A model generated the notes under the pieces. It was not told the DNA's origin. It saw nothing but the letters and a program-made list of their open reading frames with translations, and did not search any database. A stretch of 64,000 bases of DNA, taken from Candidatus Margulisiibacteriota bacterium. Lineage in GTDB: Bacteria > Margulisbacteria > WOR-1 > O2-12-FULL-45-9 > XYB2-FULL-48-7. A program made the position numbers and the translations under genes. Below, piece by piece: positions 17,271-26,122 of this stretch (its first letter is position 1; each line of letters opens with the position of its first letter). The stretch covers positions 132,631-196,630 of the forward strand of contig JALOPZ010000002.1 in the NCBI GenBank assembly GCA_025453605.1, written 5' to 3'.

Positions 17271-18502
17271 TGCTCCGCCTCGCGCTAAGGAATGTCTTCC
17301 GCAACAAGCGCCGGTCGTTCCTGACCGGGCTGTCGATCGCGGTGGCGGTGATGATCGCCGTCTACCTCTGGTCGCTGGTCAGCGGCATCCTCGACGACAT
17401 GTTCGACAACATGGTCCGGCTCAACAACGGCCACGTCCGCGTCCTCAACAAGAATTACGTCAAGCGCGAACGGATGATGCCGCTGGGAGAAAATATCCCC
17501 GATTACCGGGCGATCAGCCAGGCGGCGCAAGACGCGCCCAATGTCACTCTGGCGGTCGGGCGGATCAAATTCGGCATCCTCCTGGAAAATCAGGACAAAA
17601 GCAAACCGGTCTTTGCCAACGGGATCGTTCCCGAAACGGAAAGCCGGATCTCCCACCTTGACCAGAAGATCGTCGAGGGCCGGCTGATCCAGGCGGGGGA
17701 GGCGGAGATGAACATCGGCGTCAACCTGGCGCGCGACCTCGACCTTAAAGTCGGCGACACCCTGACAGTGCTGACCCAGACCGCTTACGGCTCCGTTGCC
17801 GCCCTGAATCTGAAAATTGTCGGCATCTTCAGCTTTGGCGTACAGAGCATCGATAAGTCGACCGTCTACATCCCGCTGGATAAAACGCAGCAACTGCTCG
17901 ATCTGGATAACCGGGTGACCGAGATCTTCGTCTTTATCAGGGAGATGAATCGGTCGCGGCCAGCCGCCAGGGAGATCCAGGCCATTTTGGACCGGGATTT
18001 CCCCGGACAGTATTTGGCCAGAGCCTGGCAGGATGAGGGGATAATATATTTCTACATGACCTGGGCGAGATACGCGTACGCTTTTCTCTATTTTCTGGTC
18101 CTCTTCCTCTCCAGCTTCACGATCCTTAACACGATGTTCATGTCGGTCCTGGAACGGACGCACGAGATCGGGATGATGAAAGCGCTCGGGATGAAGGACC
18201 GGCAGGTGATGTGGGTGATCGTGCTGGAGGCGCTGCTGATCGGCGGGATCGCCAGCGTGATCGGCGCGGCCTGGGGCGCCGGTATCGCCTATTATTTGGC
18301 TACTGTCGGGATCGATTTCACCAAGACCTTTGACCAGATGGGGCGGATCAACCTGCCGATCTCCTACGTTTACCGGGCAATTTTCAGCTGGGGGATAATT
18401 TCCTTCGGCTTGGGCATGGGGATTTTGTTCTCGGCATTGGCGGCGGTGCCGCCCGCCCTGCGCGCGGCGCGGCTGGAGCCGACCGAGGCCTTGAGGGAGT
18501 AG
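17270..18502 (+). CDS. ABC transporter permease, FtsX/LolC/LolE family (paralog B)
   Basis: Same architecture as 14314..15540, with a conserved C-terminus ...ARLEPTEALRE. Confidence 0.75.
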   Translation: MLRLALRNVFRNKRRSFLTGLSIAVAVMIAVYLWSLVSGILDDMFDNMVRLNNGHVRVLNKNYVKRERMMPLGENIPDYRAISQAAQDAPNVTLAVGRIKFGILLENQDKSKPVFANGIVPETESRISHLDQKIVEGRLIQAGEAEMNIGVNLARDLDLKVGDTLTVLTQTAYGSVAALNLKIVGIFSFGVQSIDKSTVYIPLDKTQQLLDLDNRVTEIFVFIREMNRSRPAAREIQAILDRDFPGQYLARAWQDEGIIYFYMTWARYAYAFLYFLVLFLSSFTILNTMFMSVLERTHEIGMMKALGMKDRQVMWVIVLEALLIGGIASVIGAAWGAGIAYYLATVGIDFTKTFDQMGRINLPISYVYRAIFSWGIISFGLGMGILFSALAAVPPALRAARLEPTEALRE

Positions 18503-18511
18503 GAGGTAAAC

Positions 18512-19198
18512 ATGGCGCTCGTTAAAATGGAGAACGCGGTCAAGAATTATAAGGTGGGCAAGGTAGAGGTCCCGGCTTTGCGGGGGATAACACTGTCAAT
18601 CGAAAAGGGGGACTTTGCAGCGATCGCCGGGCCGTCGGGCTCCGGTAAGACGACGATGCTCAACCTTTTTGGTTGTCTGGACAAACCGACCGGCGGCAAA
18701 GTGTACATTGAGGAACACGATATCATCACCCTTAAGCCCGACCAACTGGCCGATGTCCGTAACCAGCACATCGGCTTCATCTTCCAGAGCTTCAACCTGA
18801 TCCCGGTCTTGACCGCGTTCGAAAACGTCGAGTTCCCGCTCATCCTGCTCAAAAAACACGGGCCGGGGACGCGGCGGAAAAAAGTCCTGGAGATGCTGGC
18901 GGCGGTCGGGATCGCCGATCTGGCCAACCGCTTGCCCGGCGAGATGAGCGGTGGCCAGCAGCAGCGGGTCGCCATCGCCCGGGCGCTGGTCAAACAGCCG
19001 GATTATGTCCTGGCCGATGAGCCGACAGCCAACATCGATACCAAGACCGGGCACGAGATACTCGAGCTGATGCGGTCGATGAACGAAAAGTTGGGAACAA
19101 CTTTTATCTTTTCCACGCACGACCCAAAGGTCATGGAGATGGCCCGGCGATTGATCACCGTGCGCGACGGTCTGGTCGAGAGCGACGTGCGGCGATGA
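18512..19198 (+). CDS. ABC transporter ATP-binding protein (LolD/MacB-type)
   Basis: Walker A GPSGSGKTT, signature [15 protein letters not shown], Walker B VLADEPT. Confidence 0.85.
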   Translation: MALVKMENAVKNYKVGKVEVPALRGITLSIEKGDFAAIAGPSGSGKTTMLNLFGCLDKPTGGKVYIEEHDIITLKPDQLADVRNQHIGFIFQSFNLIPVLTAFENVEFPLILLKKHGPGTRRKKVLEMLAAVGIADLANRLPGEMSGGQQQRVAIARALVKQPDYVLADEPTANIDTKTGHEILELMRSMNEKLGTTFIFSTHDPKVMEMARRLITVRDGLVESDVRR

Positions 19199-19932
19199 AA
19201 AGGGACTGGCTGGCGCTAATTCTGCTCGGGGGACTGGGAATGGGGGCTTGGGGGATCACCGGGGAACAAATAATCAGGCAGGTCGACTCCAACATGACCT
19301 TTACGACCGCACGCAGCGAATCCAGAATGGTCATCCATGTCGACCAGGAGGTCAGGGAGAAGACCATGCGTTCGTACAGCCGCGGTCAGGAGGCCAGTTA
19401 TTCGGAATTCTTGACGCCGGCGCGCGACCAGGGGGTCAAGTACCTCAAGATCAAAGATAACATGTGGATGTACCTGCCGTCGGTCGACAAGATCATCAAG
19501 ATCTCCGGTGCCATGCTCCGCCAATCGATGATGGGCTCGGACTTCAGTTACGAGGATGCGCTGGAAAGCACAAGGCTGCTGGAAAAGTACGCGGCCACCC
19601 TGGCCGGCGAAGAGACGCTCGGCGGACGCGTCTGCTATATTATCGACCTGACCGCTAAAGTAAAGGAAGTCACTTACTTCAAGCGCCGGGTCTGGATCGA
19701 CAAGGAGCGTTTTATCCCGTTGCGCGAAGAGCTGTTTGCCCTGTCGGGGAAGAAGCTGAAGGAGATGACGCTGGGCGAGGTCAAACGGTTCGGCCGCCGC
19801 TACTATCCGACCTATCTGACGATGCGCAATCTCCTGCGGGCCAATTCCCGGACCGAGCTGTTCACTACCAGGATCGAGTTTGATATCGCGGTCGATCCGA
19901 AAGTCTTTACCCAGGGCAATTTAACCAAATGA
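19195..19932 (+). CDS. Outer-membrane lipoprotein-sorting protein family (LolA-like)
   Basis: Signal peptide, ~245 aa. Sequence pattern typical of the LolA-like/outer-membrane-lipoprotein-sorting family. ATGA overlap with the ATPase gene. Confidence 0.5.
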   Translation: MKRDWLALILLGGLGMGAWGITGEQIIRQVDSNMTFTTARSESRMVIHVDQEVREKTMRSYSRGQEASYSEFLTPARDQGVKYLKIKDNMWMYLPSVDKIIKISGAMLRQSMMGSDFSYEDALESTRLLEKYAATLAGEETLGGRVCYIIDLTAKVKEVTYFKRRVWIDKERFIPLREELFALSGKKLKEMTLGEVKRFGRRYYPTYLTMRNLLRANSRTELFTTRIEFDIAVDPKVFTQGNLTK

Positions 19933-21011
19933 GGCTTGGACTTTGTTTGTCTCTTGTCTTTTGTCTCTTGGTCATTCAGGCCTCTGCGCTCAGCCTTGGC
20001 GGATCATACGAGAATGACCTCCTGACCCTGCTGCAGAAGGACGGCACTGTTGGGCTGGGTGACCTGAACCGATTACGGCTTAAGTTCGATCATGACTTTT
20101 GCGACCGCCTGACCGTTCACCTGGAACCACGGTACTACGGTTTGCTCAAATCACGGGAGATAGCGATCGCCGGGGCGACCGATCTCGACCAATTGGTTTG
20201 GGACCGGCTGTACGCTAAGTATCGGGCGGAAAACTGGTCGCTGACCGCCGGCAAGCAGCGGATCGCCTGGGGGACAGGATCCATTTGGAACCCGGTCGAT
20301 ATTTTCAACCCGCTGGTCCTCTCCTTTGCTGTCCGCGATGACGACAAGACCAATGTTGAAGCGCTCCGCTGGGAGCTGCCGCTTGGTGAGGCTGGTGGGA
20401 TCGATGCGTTCGTGGTTACCGGGCAACCGTGGGCAGAAACGGGGCGAGGGATAAGAGTGAGGGGGAATACTGGGATGTTTGACCTGGCCTTGAGCTATGT
20501 TGACCAGGGGACGCTCGGCCGGCAGGTCGGTTTCGATCTGGCCGGGGATATCATCAAGGATGTCGGGGTCAGGGGCGAGCTGGCGATCAAGGCCGGTCCA
20601 GATCATAACGGCTATGTGATGCAGGCTGTAGCGGGGGGCGATTATACTCTGGAAAACGGGATTGGGCTGAACGCGGAATATTATTTTAACGGCTTAGGCA
20701 GCCGCAACAGCGGCAGTTATAACTGGGGAACGGCCGAATCGGTCGGGATGGATTACCTTTATTTGAGCGGCAATAAGATCATCGATGAGATCACCACGGT
20801 CACCGTCTCGCTGTTGACCAACCTCGACGACCAGAGCTATCTGATCTACCCGCAGTATTCCCGCAATGTCGGCCAGAACCTTGATCTGTATGTCGAAGGG
20901 ATGTGGCTCGGCGGGCCGGACGGTTCGGAATTTGTCCCCCCGTCCTCAGCTGACCCGCTCGGCTTCGGCGGGAGCAAGATGGCGCTGGCCAGGCTGGTTT
21001 ATTCGTTCTGA
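19929..21011 (+). CDS. Secreted putative outer-membrane protein, hypothetical
   Basis: Signal peptide, aromatic-rich beta-strand pattern, C-terminal ...LVYSF. Coupled to the LolA-like gene. Confidence 0.45.
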   Translation: MRLGLCLSLVFCLLVIQASALSLGGSYENDLLTLLQKDGTVGLGDLNRLRLKFDHDFCDRLTVHLEPRYYGLLKSREIAIAGATDLDQLVWDRLYAKYRAENWSLTAGKQRIAWGTGSIWNPVDIFNPLVLSFAVRDDDKTNVEALRWELPLGEAGGIDAFVVTGQPWAETGRGIRVRGNTGMFDLALSYVDQGTLGRQVGFDLAGDIIKDVGVRGELAIKAGPDHNGYVMQAVAGGDYTLENGIGLNAEYYFNGLGSRNSGSYNWGTAESVGMDYLYLSGNKIIDEITTVTVSLLTNLDDQSYLIYPQYSRNVGQNLDLYVEGMWLGGPDGSEFVPPSSADPLGFGGSKMALARLVYSF

Positions 21012-21085
21012 TTGCATTCGAGCGCGGAATAAGAGTAAAATACGGTGGGTCCGGTTGGTAACCGGAGGAATATCCTGATGGTCGG

Positions 21086-21129
21086 GCCGCCATCTGCGGG
21101 TGCATTGTAGATGGCGGCTTTTATTTATT
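21086..21129 (+). terminator. Rho-independent terminator
   Basis: GCCGCCATCT...AGATGGCGGC stem followed by TTTTATTTATT. Confidence 0.55.
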
Positions 21130-21148
21130 GATCGGGGGGACGCGATAA

Positions 21149-22618
21149 ATGAACTGGACCAGGGAAAACCTTAAACAACTTATTGTTGACAAGATGAACG
21201 GCTCCCTGCTGGTGGTAGCGTCCAATCGCGAGCCCTACATTCATAACAGCGGCGCCGAAGGGATCAGTTGTATCGTCCCGGCCAGTGGTTTGACAATGGC
21301 CCTTGATCCGGTGCTGCAGGCCTGCGGCGGTGTTTGGGTCGCTCACGGCAGTGGTGATGCTGATCGCGAGGTCGTGGACGAAAAGAACCGGGTCATGGTC
21401 CCACCCGATGATCCCAAATATACTCTGCGGCGTCTCTGGCTCAATAAGACGGAAGAAACCGGGTATTACTACGGCTTCTCCAACGAAACGCTCTGGCCGC
21501 TGTGCCATATTGTTTACAATAAACCAAAATTCGAAGAAGCCGACTGGCTGCATTACAAGTCGGTCAATGAGAAGTTCGCTAAGACCATCCTGGACGAAGT
21601 TGGTGACCAAAAGGCATTTGTTTTCATTCAGGACTATCACTTGACCCTGGTGCCGAAATTACTGCGCGAGGCTAACCCGAACATCAAAACGGCGCTCTTC
21701 TGGCATATTCCCTGGCCCAACCCGGAAGCCTTCCGGATCAATCCCTGGAAAGAGGAGATCCTGCAGGGGATGCTGGGCGCCGACCTGCTCGGTTTTCACA
21801 TCCAGTATCATGTCGATAATTTTCTGAATACCGTTGACCAGACCCTTGAAGTCAGGGTCGACAAAATCGGCTCCTCGGTCGTCGCCGGCGGCCGGGAAAC
21901 GCTCGTGCGGCCGTTCCCGATCAGCATCGATTACGAGCAGATCAGCCGGATCGCCGCCAGCGTCGAAACCGAAAAAGTCATGGCCAGGCTCAGAAAGGAG
22001 TTCGGGGTCAAGTCACAGCTGATCGGCGTCGGGACCGACCGGCTTGATTACACCAAAGGGATACCGGAGCGGATGATCGCCGTCGATAAGTTCCTGGAGA
22101 AATATCCGGAATATATCGGTAAGTTCACTTTCGTCCAGGCCGGGGTCCTGAGCCGGATCCATATCCAGCGCTACAAGGACCTTAACGACGAGATCAATTC
22201 CCTGGTGGAGCGGATCAACTGGAAGTACGCGACCGACCACTGGAAACCGATCGTCCTGGTCCGGCGGCACTTTTCGCCTCAGGAGCTGATCGCCCTGTAC
22301 CGCCTGGCTGACTTGGCGGTGGTTTCTTCCCTGCATGACGGCATGAACCTGGTCGCCAAAGAATTCGTGGCGGCGGCCGAGGCTGGTAAGGGAGTATTGC
22401 TGCTTTCTCGTTTTACCGGGGCGGCCCGCGAATTGACCGAATCGCTGCTGATCAATCCTTACGCGCCCGACGCGTTCGGCGAGGCGATCCGGGCCGCGTT
22501 GGCCATGTCGCCTGACGAAAAAAACAAACGCCTGCAAAAAATGAAGGAACTAGTGGCCGAGAACAATATTTACAAATGGGCCGGGAAGATAATCCAGGCC
22601 TTACTCCGGTTATCGTGA
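21149..22618 (+). CDS. otsA: Alpha,alpha-trehalose-phosphate synthase (GT20)
   Basis: GT20 pattern YYYGFSNETLWPLCH, FVFIQDYHLTLVPKLLRE, and the C-terminal nucleotide-sugar binding region. Confidence 0.85.
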   Translation: MNWTRENLKQLIVDKMNGSLLVVASNREPYIHNSGAEGISCIVPASGLTMALDPVLQACGGVWVAHGSGDADREVVDEKNRVMVPPDDPKYTLRRLWLNKTEETGYYYGFSNETLWPLCHIVYNKPKFEEADWLHYKSVNEKFAKTILDEVGDQKAFVFIQDYHLTLVPKLLREANPNIKTALFWHIPWPNPEAFRINPWKEEILQGMLGADLLGFHIQYHVDNFLNTVDQTLEVRVDKIGSSVVAGGRETLVRPFPISIDYEQISRIAASVETEKVMARLRKEFGVKSQLIGVGTDRLDYTKGIPERMIAVDKFLEKYPEYIGKFTFVQAGVLSRIHIQRYKDLNDEINSLVERINWKYATDHWKPIVLVRRHFSPQELIALYRLADLAVVSSLHDGMNLVAKEFVAAAEAGKGVLLLSRFTGAARELTESLLINPYAPDAFGEAIRAALAMSPDEKNKRLQKMKELVAENNIYKWAGKIIQALLRLS

Positions 22619-23331
22619 AGACGGCGCTTTTTTTGGATTATGACGGGACACTGACGCCGATCGTGGATCATCCGGACCGGGCCAGACTTGGCGCGGTCCG
22701 AAAAAGATTCCTGCGGACCCTGGCCCAAAGGCCGGTGGTGAAGATCGCGATCGTCAGCGGACGCAGCCTGGCCTCGGTCAGAAAGCAGGTTGGCTTGCCC
22801 GGACTGATCTATATCGGCAACCACGGCTTAGAGATCATGCTCGGTAAGCGCCGGGTCGTTGTGCCGGCCGCCAGGCGTTTTGCCAAAACAGTGCGGGAGC
22901 TGAAAACCGTTCTGCACCGGGGGTTACCGTTCCCGGGTGTATTGATCGAGGATAAGGGATACACGATCAGTGTGCATTATCGTAAGGTCCACCGCCGGCA
23001 CTTAAAATCGTTCCGCCAGGCTTTTTTCCGGGCGATCGCTCCCTGGCGCAAGCGGATCAGGGTGACTGCCGGCAAAAAAGTGCTGGAATTAAGGCCGCCG
23101 GGCCTTTGGGGCAAGGGGCGGGCGGTAAAATGGTTATTGCGCCAACCGCAATTAAGAGGTTATCAGCCGGTTTATATCGGTGATGACCGGACCGATGAGG
23201 ACGCCTTTCGGGCTTTGCGCCAGCGCGGTCTGACCTTGCGCGTCGGCCTGACCAGCGCGACCGCCGCGCAAAAATGTTTGCCCGGTATCAGCGGGGTCTA
23301 CCGATATCTGGAGAGGTACCGGCAGCCATGA
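22576..23331 (+). CDS. otsB: Trehalose-6-phosphate phosphatase (HAD family)
   Basis: FLDYDGTLTPIV HAD motif I and GDDRTDEDAF motif IV. An alternative GTG start at 22613 would give a GTGA overlap with the otsA stop. Confidence 0.75.
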   Translation: MGREDNPGLTPVIVKTALFLDYDGTLTPIVDHPDRARLGAVRKRFLRTLAQRPVVKIAIVSGRSLASVRKQVGLPGLIYIGNHGLEIMLGKRRVVVPAARRFAKTVRELKTVLHRGLPFPGVLIEDKGYTISVHYRKVHRRHLKSFRQAFFRAIAPWRKRIRVTAGKKVLELRPPGLWGKGRAVKWLLRQPQLRGYQPVYIGDDRTDEDAFRALRQRGLTLRVGLTSATAAQKCLPGISGVYRYLERYRQP

Positions 23332-24023
23332 GAGCCGCCGTCCCCTTTATCTTTTATACATCCTCCCAGCTGGTGGAGATCACCGGCCGCCAGGCGACTG
23401 ATCTGGTAGAGCTGGTCGCCGCCCTTAAAGAACTGGATCTTTCAGTCGTCTTTTATCATGTCCACCACGCCTTCCGCGAGCATCAATTCGCGCCGGGAGT
23501 GTACACCAACGATTTTGCCCATTGGGTCGGCCGGGAGCTGGGAGAAGCGGTGCTGGCTGAGAAACTGGCTAATCTCAATATCAAGGAATATGTTGAGCTG
23601 AGCGCTTTGCGCGACGCGCTGGTCGCGATCATCGAATCCTATCTTAAGCTGGGGGGAGAGCTGCGTCACGCCGCGGCTGGCCGGGGTTTTTATTTCTGCA
23701 AGAACATCGGAGTGATCCAGCCGACCCGCTACGTGGCCTGGGACCTCGATGAATTTTGCTCCTTGCTCCACTTGGTCGGGCTCCGGTCACTCTTTTTTCA
23801 TTTTTTTGAGGCCCGGCTCAGGTTGAACCGCCAGAGCAACGATTTTTCCGACTGGATCAAACAGCAGTTCGGTAACGAGCGGCTGGCCAGGCGGATCGAA
23901 GCGCTTGATCCCTATATTTACACGATGGACGAGCTCAGGGACCAGATCGTGGCGCTGATCTGTGGCGGGCGGACCCAGCCGAACTGGTTTGATAAGGTCA
24001 AGATATGGCTAAGCCTAAAATAG
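23328..24023 (+). CDS. Conserved hypothetical protein co-transcribed with otsAB and treT
   Basis: Start set at MRAAVPF, giving an ATGA overlap with otsB. The 3' end overlaps the treT start by 19 nt. Confidence 0.45.
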   Translation: MRAAVPFIFYTSSQLVEITGRQATDLVELVAALKELDLSVVFYHVHHAFREHQFAPGVYTNDFAHWVGRELGEAVLAEKLANLNIKEYVELSALRDALVAIIESYLKLGGELRHAAAGRGFYFCKNIGVIQPTRYVAWDLDEFCSLLHLVGLRSLFFHFFEARLRLNRQSNDFSDWIKQQFGNERLARRIEALDPYIYTMDELRDQIVALICGGRTQPNWFDKVKIWLSLK

Positions 24024-25237
24024 AAGAATATGCCCGGGTCATCCGGTCGCAGAATTTTGACGAGATCATGATGCTGGCGGATAAGCTGGCCGGCAAACGG
24101 GTCAAAATGGTCAATGCCACGGCGGTCGGCGGCGGTGTCGCCGAGATCCTAACCCGCGTCGTGCCGCTTTACAACCAGCTTGGCCTCAAGGTCAAGTGGG
24201 AAGTGATCAAAGGGACCGGCGCCTTTTTCGCGGTCACCAAGAATTTCCATAACGCCCTGCACGGCAGCAAGGTGGAGATCGGGGAAAAGGATTTTGCCGT
24301 TTTCAACGAAGCGACCGAAGCCAATTTGGCCGAAATGGATTTTACCGGTGACGATTACGTGATCGTCCATGATCCGCAACCGGCCGGCTTGATCGCGGCC
24401 AAAGAGAAGAGCCAGGCCAAATGGGCCTGGCGTTGCCATATTGACACCGCCCATCCGCAGGCCGACGTCTGGAATTTTCTCCGTCAGCTGATCGTCAAGT
24501 ACGATGCCTCGATCTTCTCGACCCCTTGGTTCGCTCGGGACCTGCCGCACCCGCAGTATTTCATCTATCCGGCGATCGATCCGCTGTCCGAAAAGAACCG
24601 TAATCTATCCCGCCATGAGATCGACACGGTCCTGAATAAATACCAGATCGACCGCAACCGGCCGCTGGTTGTCCAAGTTTCCCGTTTTGACCGGCTCAAG
24701 GACCCGCTCGGGGTGATCGAGACCTACCGCCTGGTCAAGAAGCAAGTTGATTGCCAGCTGGTGCTGGCAGGCGGCGCCGCGGCCGACGACCCGGAAGGGG
24801 TCCAGGTCCTGAACGAAGTGACGGAGGCGGCCAAAGGCGACCCTGACATCCATATTTTAGCGTTGCCGCCGTTCGCCGATCTGGAGGTTAACGCCCTGCA
24901 GCGAGCGGCGACCGTTGTTTTGCAGAAATCACTGCGCGAAGGCTTTGGTTTGACCGTCACGGAAGCGCTCTGGAAAGGTAAGCCGGTGGTCGCTTCCGCC
25001 GTTGGCGGCATCACGCTTCAGGTCATCCACAATTTTACCGGTTTGCTGGTCCACTCGGTCGAGGGGGCGGCATATCAGATCCGCTATCTGATCGGCAATC
25101 CGCAGGTAGCGAAGAAACTGGGTGAATACGGACGGGAGCATGTCCGGGAGAAGTTCCTGATAACCAGAAAATTACGGAATTATTTGCTGTTGTTCATTGC
25201 CCTGGACCATCCCGGGCAAGACATTATTAAACTGTGA
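24005..25237 (+). CDS. treT: Trehalose glycosyltransferring synthase TreT (GT4)
   Basis: VNATAVGGGVAEIL..VPL......W.VI.G...FFAVTKNFHNALHG and VHDPQPAGLIA match the archaeal/Thermotogae TreT N-terminal signature. Length is 410 aa. Confidence 0.7.
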   Translation: MAKPKIEEYARVIRSQNFDEIMMLADKLAGKRVKMVNATAVGGGVAEILTRVVPLYNQLGLKVKWEVIKGTGAFFAVTKNFHNALHGSKVEIGEKDFAVFNEATEANLAEMDFTGDDYVIVHDPQPAGLIAAKEKSQAKWAWRCHIDTAHPQADVWNFLRQLIVKYDASIFSTPWFARDLPHPQYFIYPAIDPLSEKNRNLSRHEIDTVLNKYQIDRNRPLVVQVSRFDRLKDPLGVIETYRLVKKQVDCQLVLAGGAAADDPEGVQVLNEVTEAAKGDPDIHILALPPFADLEVNALQRAATVVLQKSLREGFGLTVTEALWKGKPVVASAVGGITLQVIHNFTGLLVHSVEGAAYQIRYLIGNPQVAKKLGEYGREHVREKFLITRKLRNYLLLFIALDHPGQDIIKL

Positions 25238-25295
25238 TCAGCGTCCTTACTGGTTCAAGGAACTTTTTATCTCCCGCGCTTGTCCAATATAAGGT

Positions 25296-25799
25296 ATGCC
25301 GCTAGCGATGGACATCCAGGAATTTGACCGGGTCTACAACGATCATAAGGAGCTGGTCTGGCGCCTGGTCACCAGGTATGTGGCCGGGCAGCAGGACCGG
25401 GAGGACCTTTTTCAGGAAGTTTTCCTTAAAATCCACCAGGCTTTGCCGAAGTTCCGCGGCGAATCTGCCCTGGAGACCTGGCTTTACCGGATCACGGTCA
25501 ATACGGCGATCAATTATGTAAAAAAACAGCAAAGATACCGGCTGTTCCACCAATTATTGGCCGGCTTAAGGTTCGAAGAGGCAATTCCGACCTCTGATGT
25601 TGAGGCGACCAATCTGCTCAAGCCATTGGAAAAGCTCAATCCCAGGCAACGAACGGTCCTCCTGCTGGCTGATGTGGAGGAGCGGAAGCTAGAAGAGATC
25701 GGGGCCATGTTACGCCTCCCGGTTGGCACGGTTAAATCGAACCTCAGCCGGGCGCGGGAGATCATCAAAAAGGAGTTGAAGAGAAATGGCGGATTATAA
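25296..25799 (+). CDS. ECF-type RNA polymerase sigma-70 factor
   Basis: Region 2 (DLFQEVFLKIHQALPKF, ETWLYRITVNTAINY) and a region 4 HTH. Confidence 0.8.
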   Translation: MPLAMDIQEFDRVYNDHKELVWRLVTRYVAGQQDREDLFQEVFLKIHQALPKFRGESALETWLYRITVNTAINYVKKQQRYRLFHQLLAGLRFEEAIPTSDVEATNLLKPLEKLNPRQRTVLLLADVEERKLEEIGAMLRLPVGTVKSNLSRAREIIKKELKRNGGL

Positions 25800-26061
25800 C
25801 GGTTACGTTAGCGGGCTGAAAAAGAGCATTGCCGGACCGGACTACGATCGTTTATATCGGGTCATTCAAACTAAAGCAGTCCCCAGGCCGGTCTGGCCGA
25901 CTGCTTTATCGCTGGCCGGTGCGCTGGCCGTTTGCCTGATCGGTTTTGCCCTCAATTATGATTTCGAGCCGGGCGCCAATTCCGAAACGGTTGCCAGCTA
26001 TTTAAACGAGGGGACGGCTATCAACGGCAATGAACTAATGAGTTACGTTTTTCAGGAGTAA
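25786..26061 (+). CDS. Putative anti-sigma factor (single-TM small protein)
   Basis: Overlaps the end of the sigma gene. Cytoplasmic N-terminus, one TM, short periplasmic tail. Confidence 0.4.
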   Translation: MADYNGYVSGLKKSIAGPDYDRLYRVIQTKAVPRPVWPTALSLAGALAVCLIGFALNYDFEPGANSETVASYLNEGTAINGNELMSYVFQE

Positions 26062-26122
26062 GGGAACCTTTTGCGCTGAGCGCTTGTCTAAATCATTGTC
26101 CGGTCCATTAAGGAGGGGAAAA

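Noticed and set aside
22576-22618. The 43-nt otsA/otsB overlap as evidence of a frameshift or gene fusion.
   Set aside because: An in-frame GTG at 22613 gives a conventional 4-nt GTGA overlap. The HAD motif I lies just downstream, so simple start-codon ambiguity suffices.
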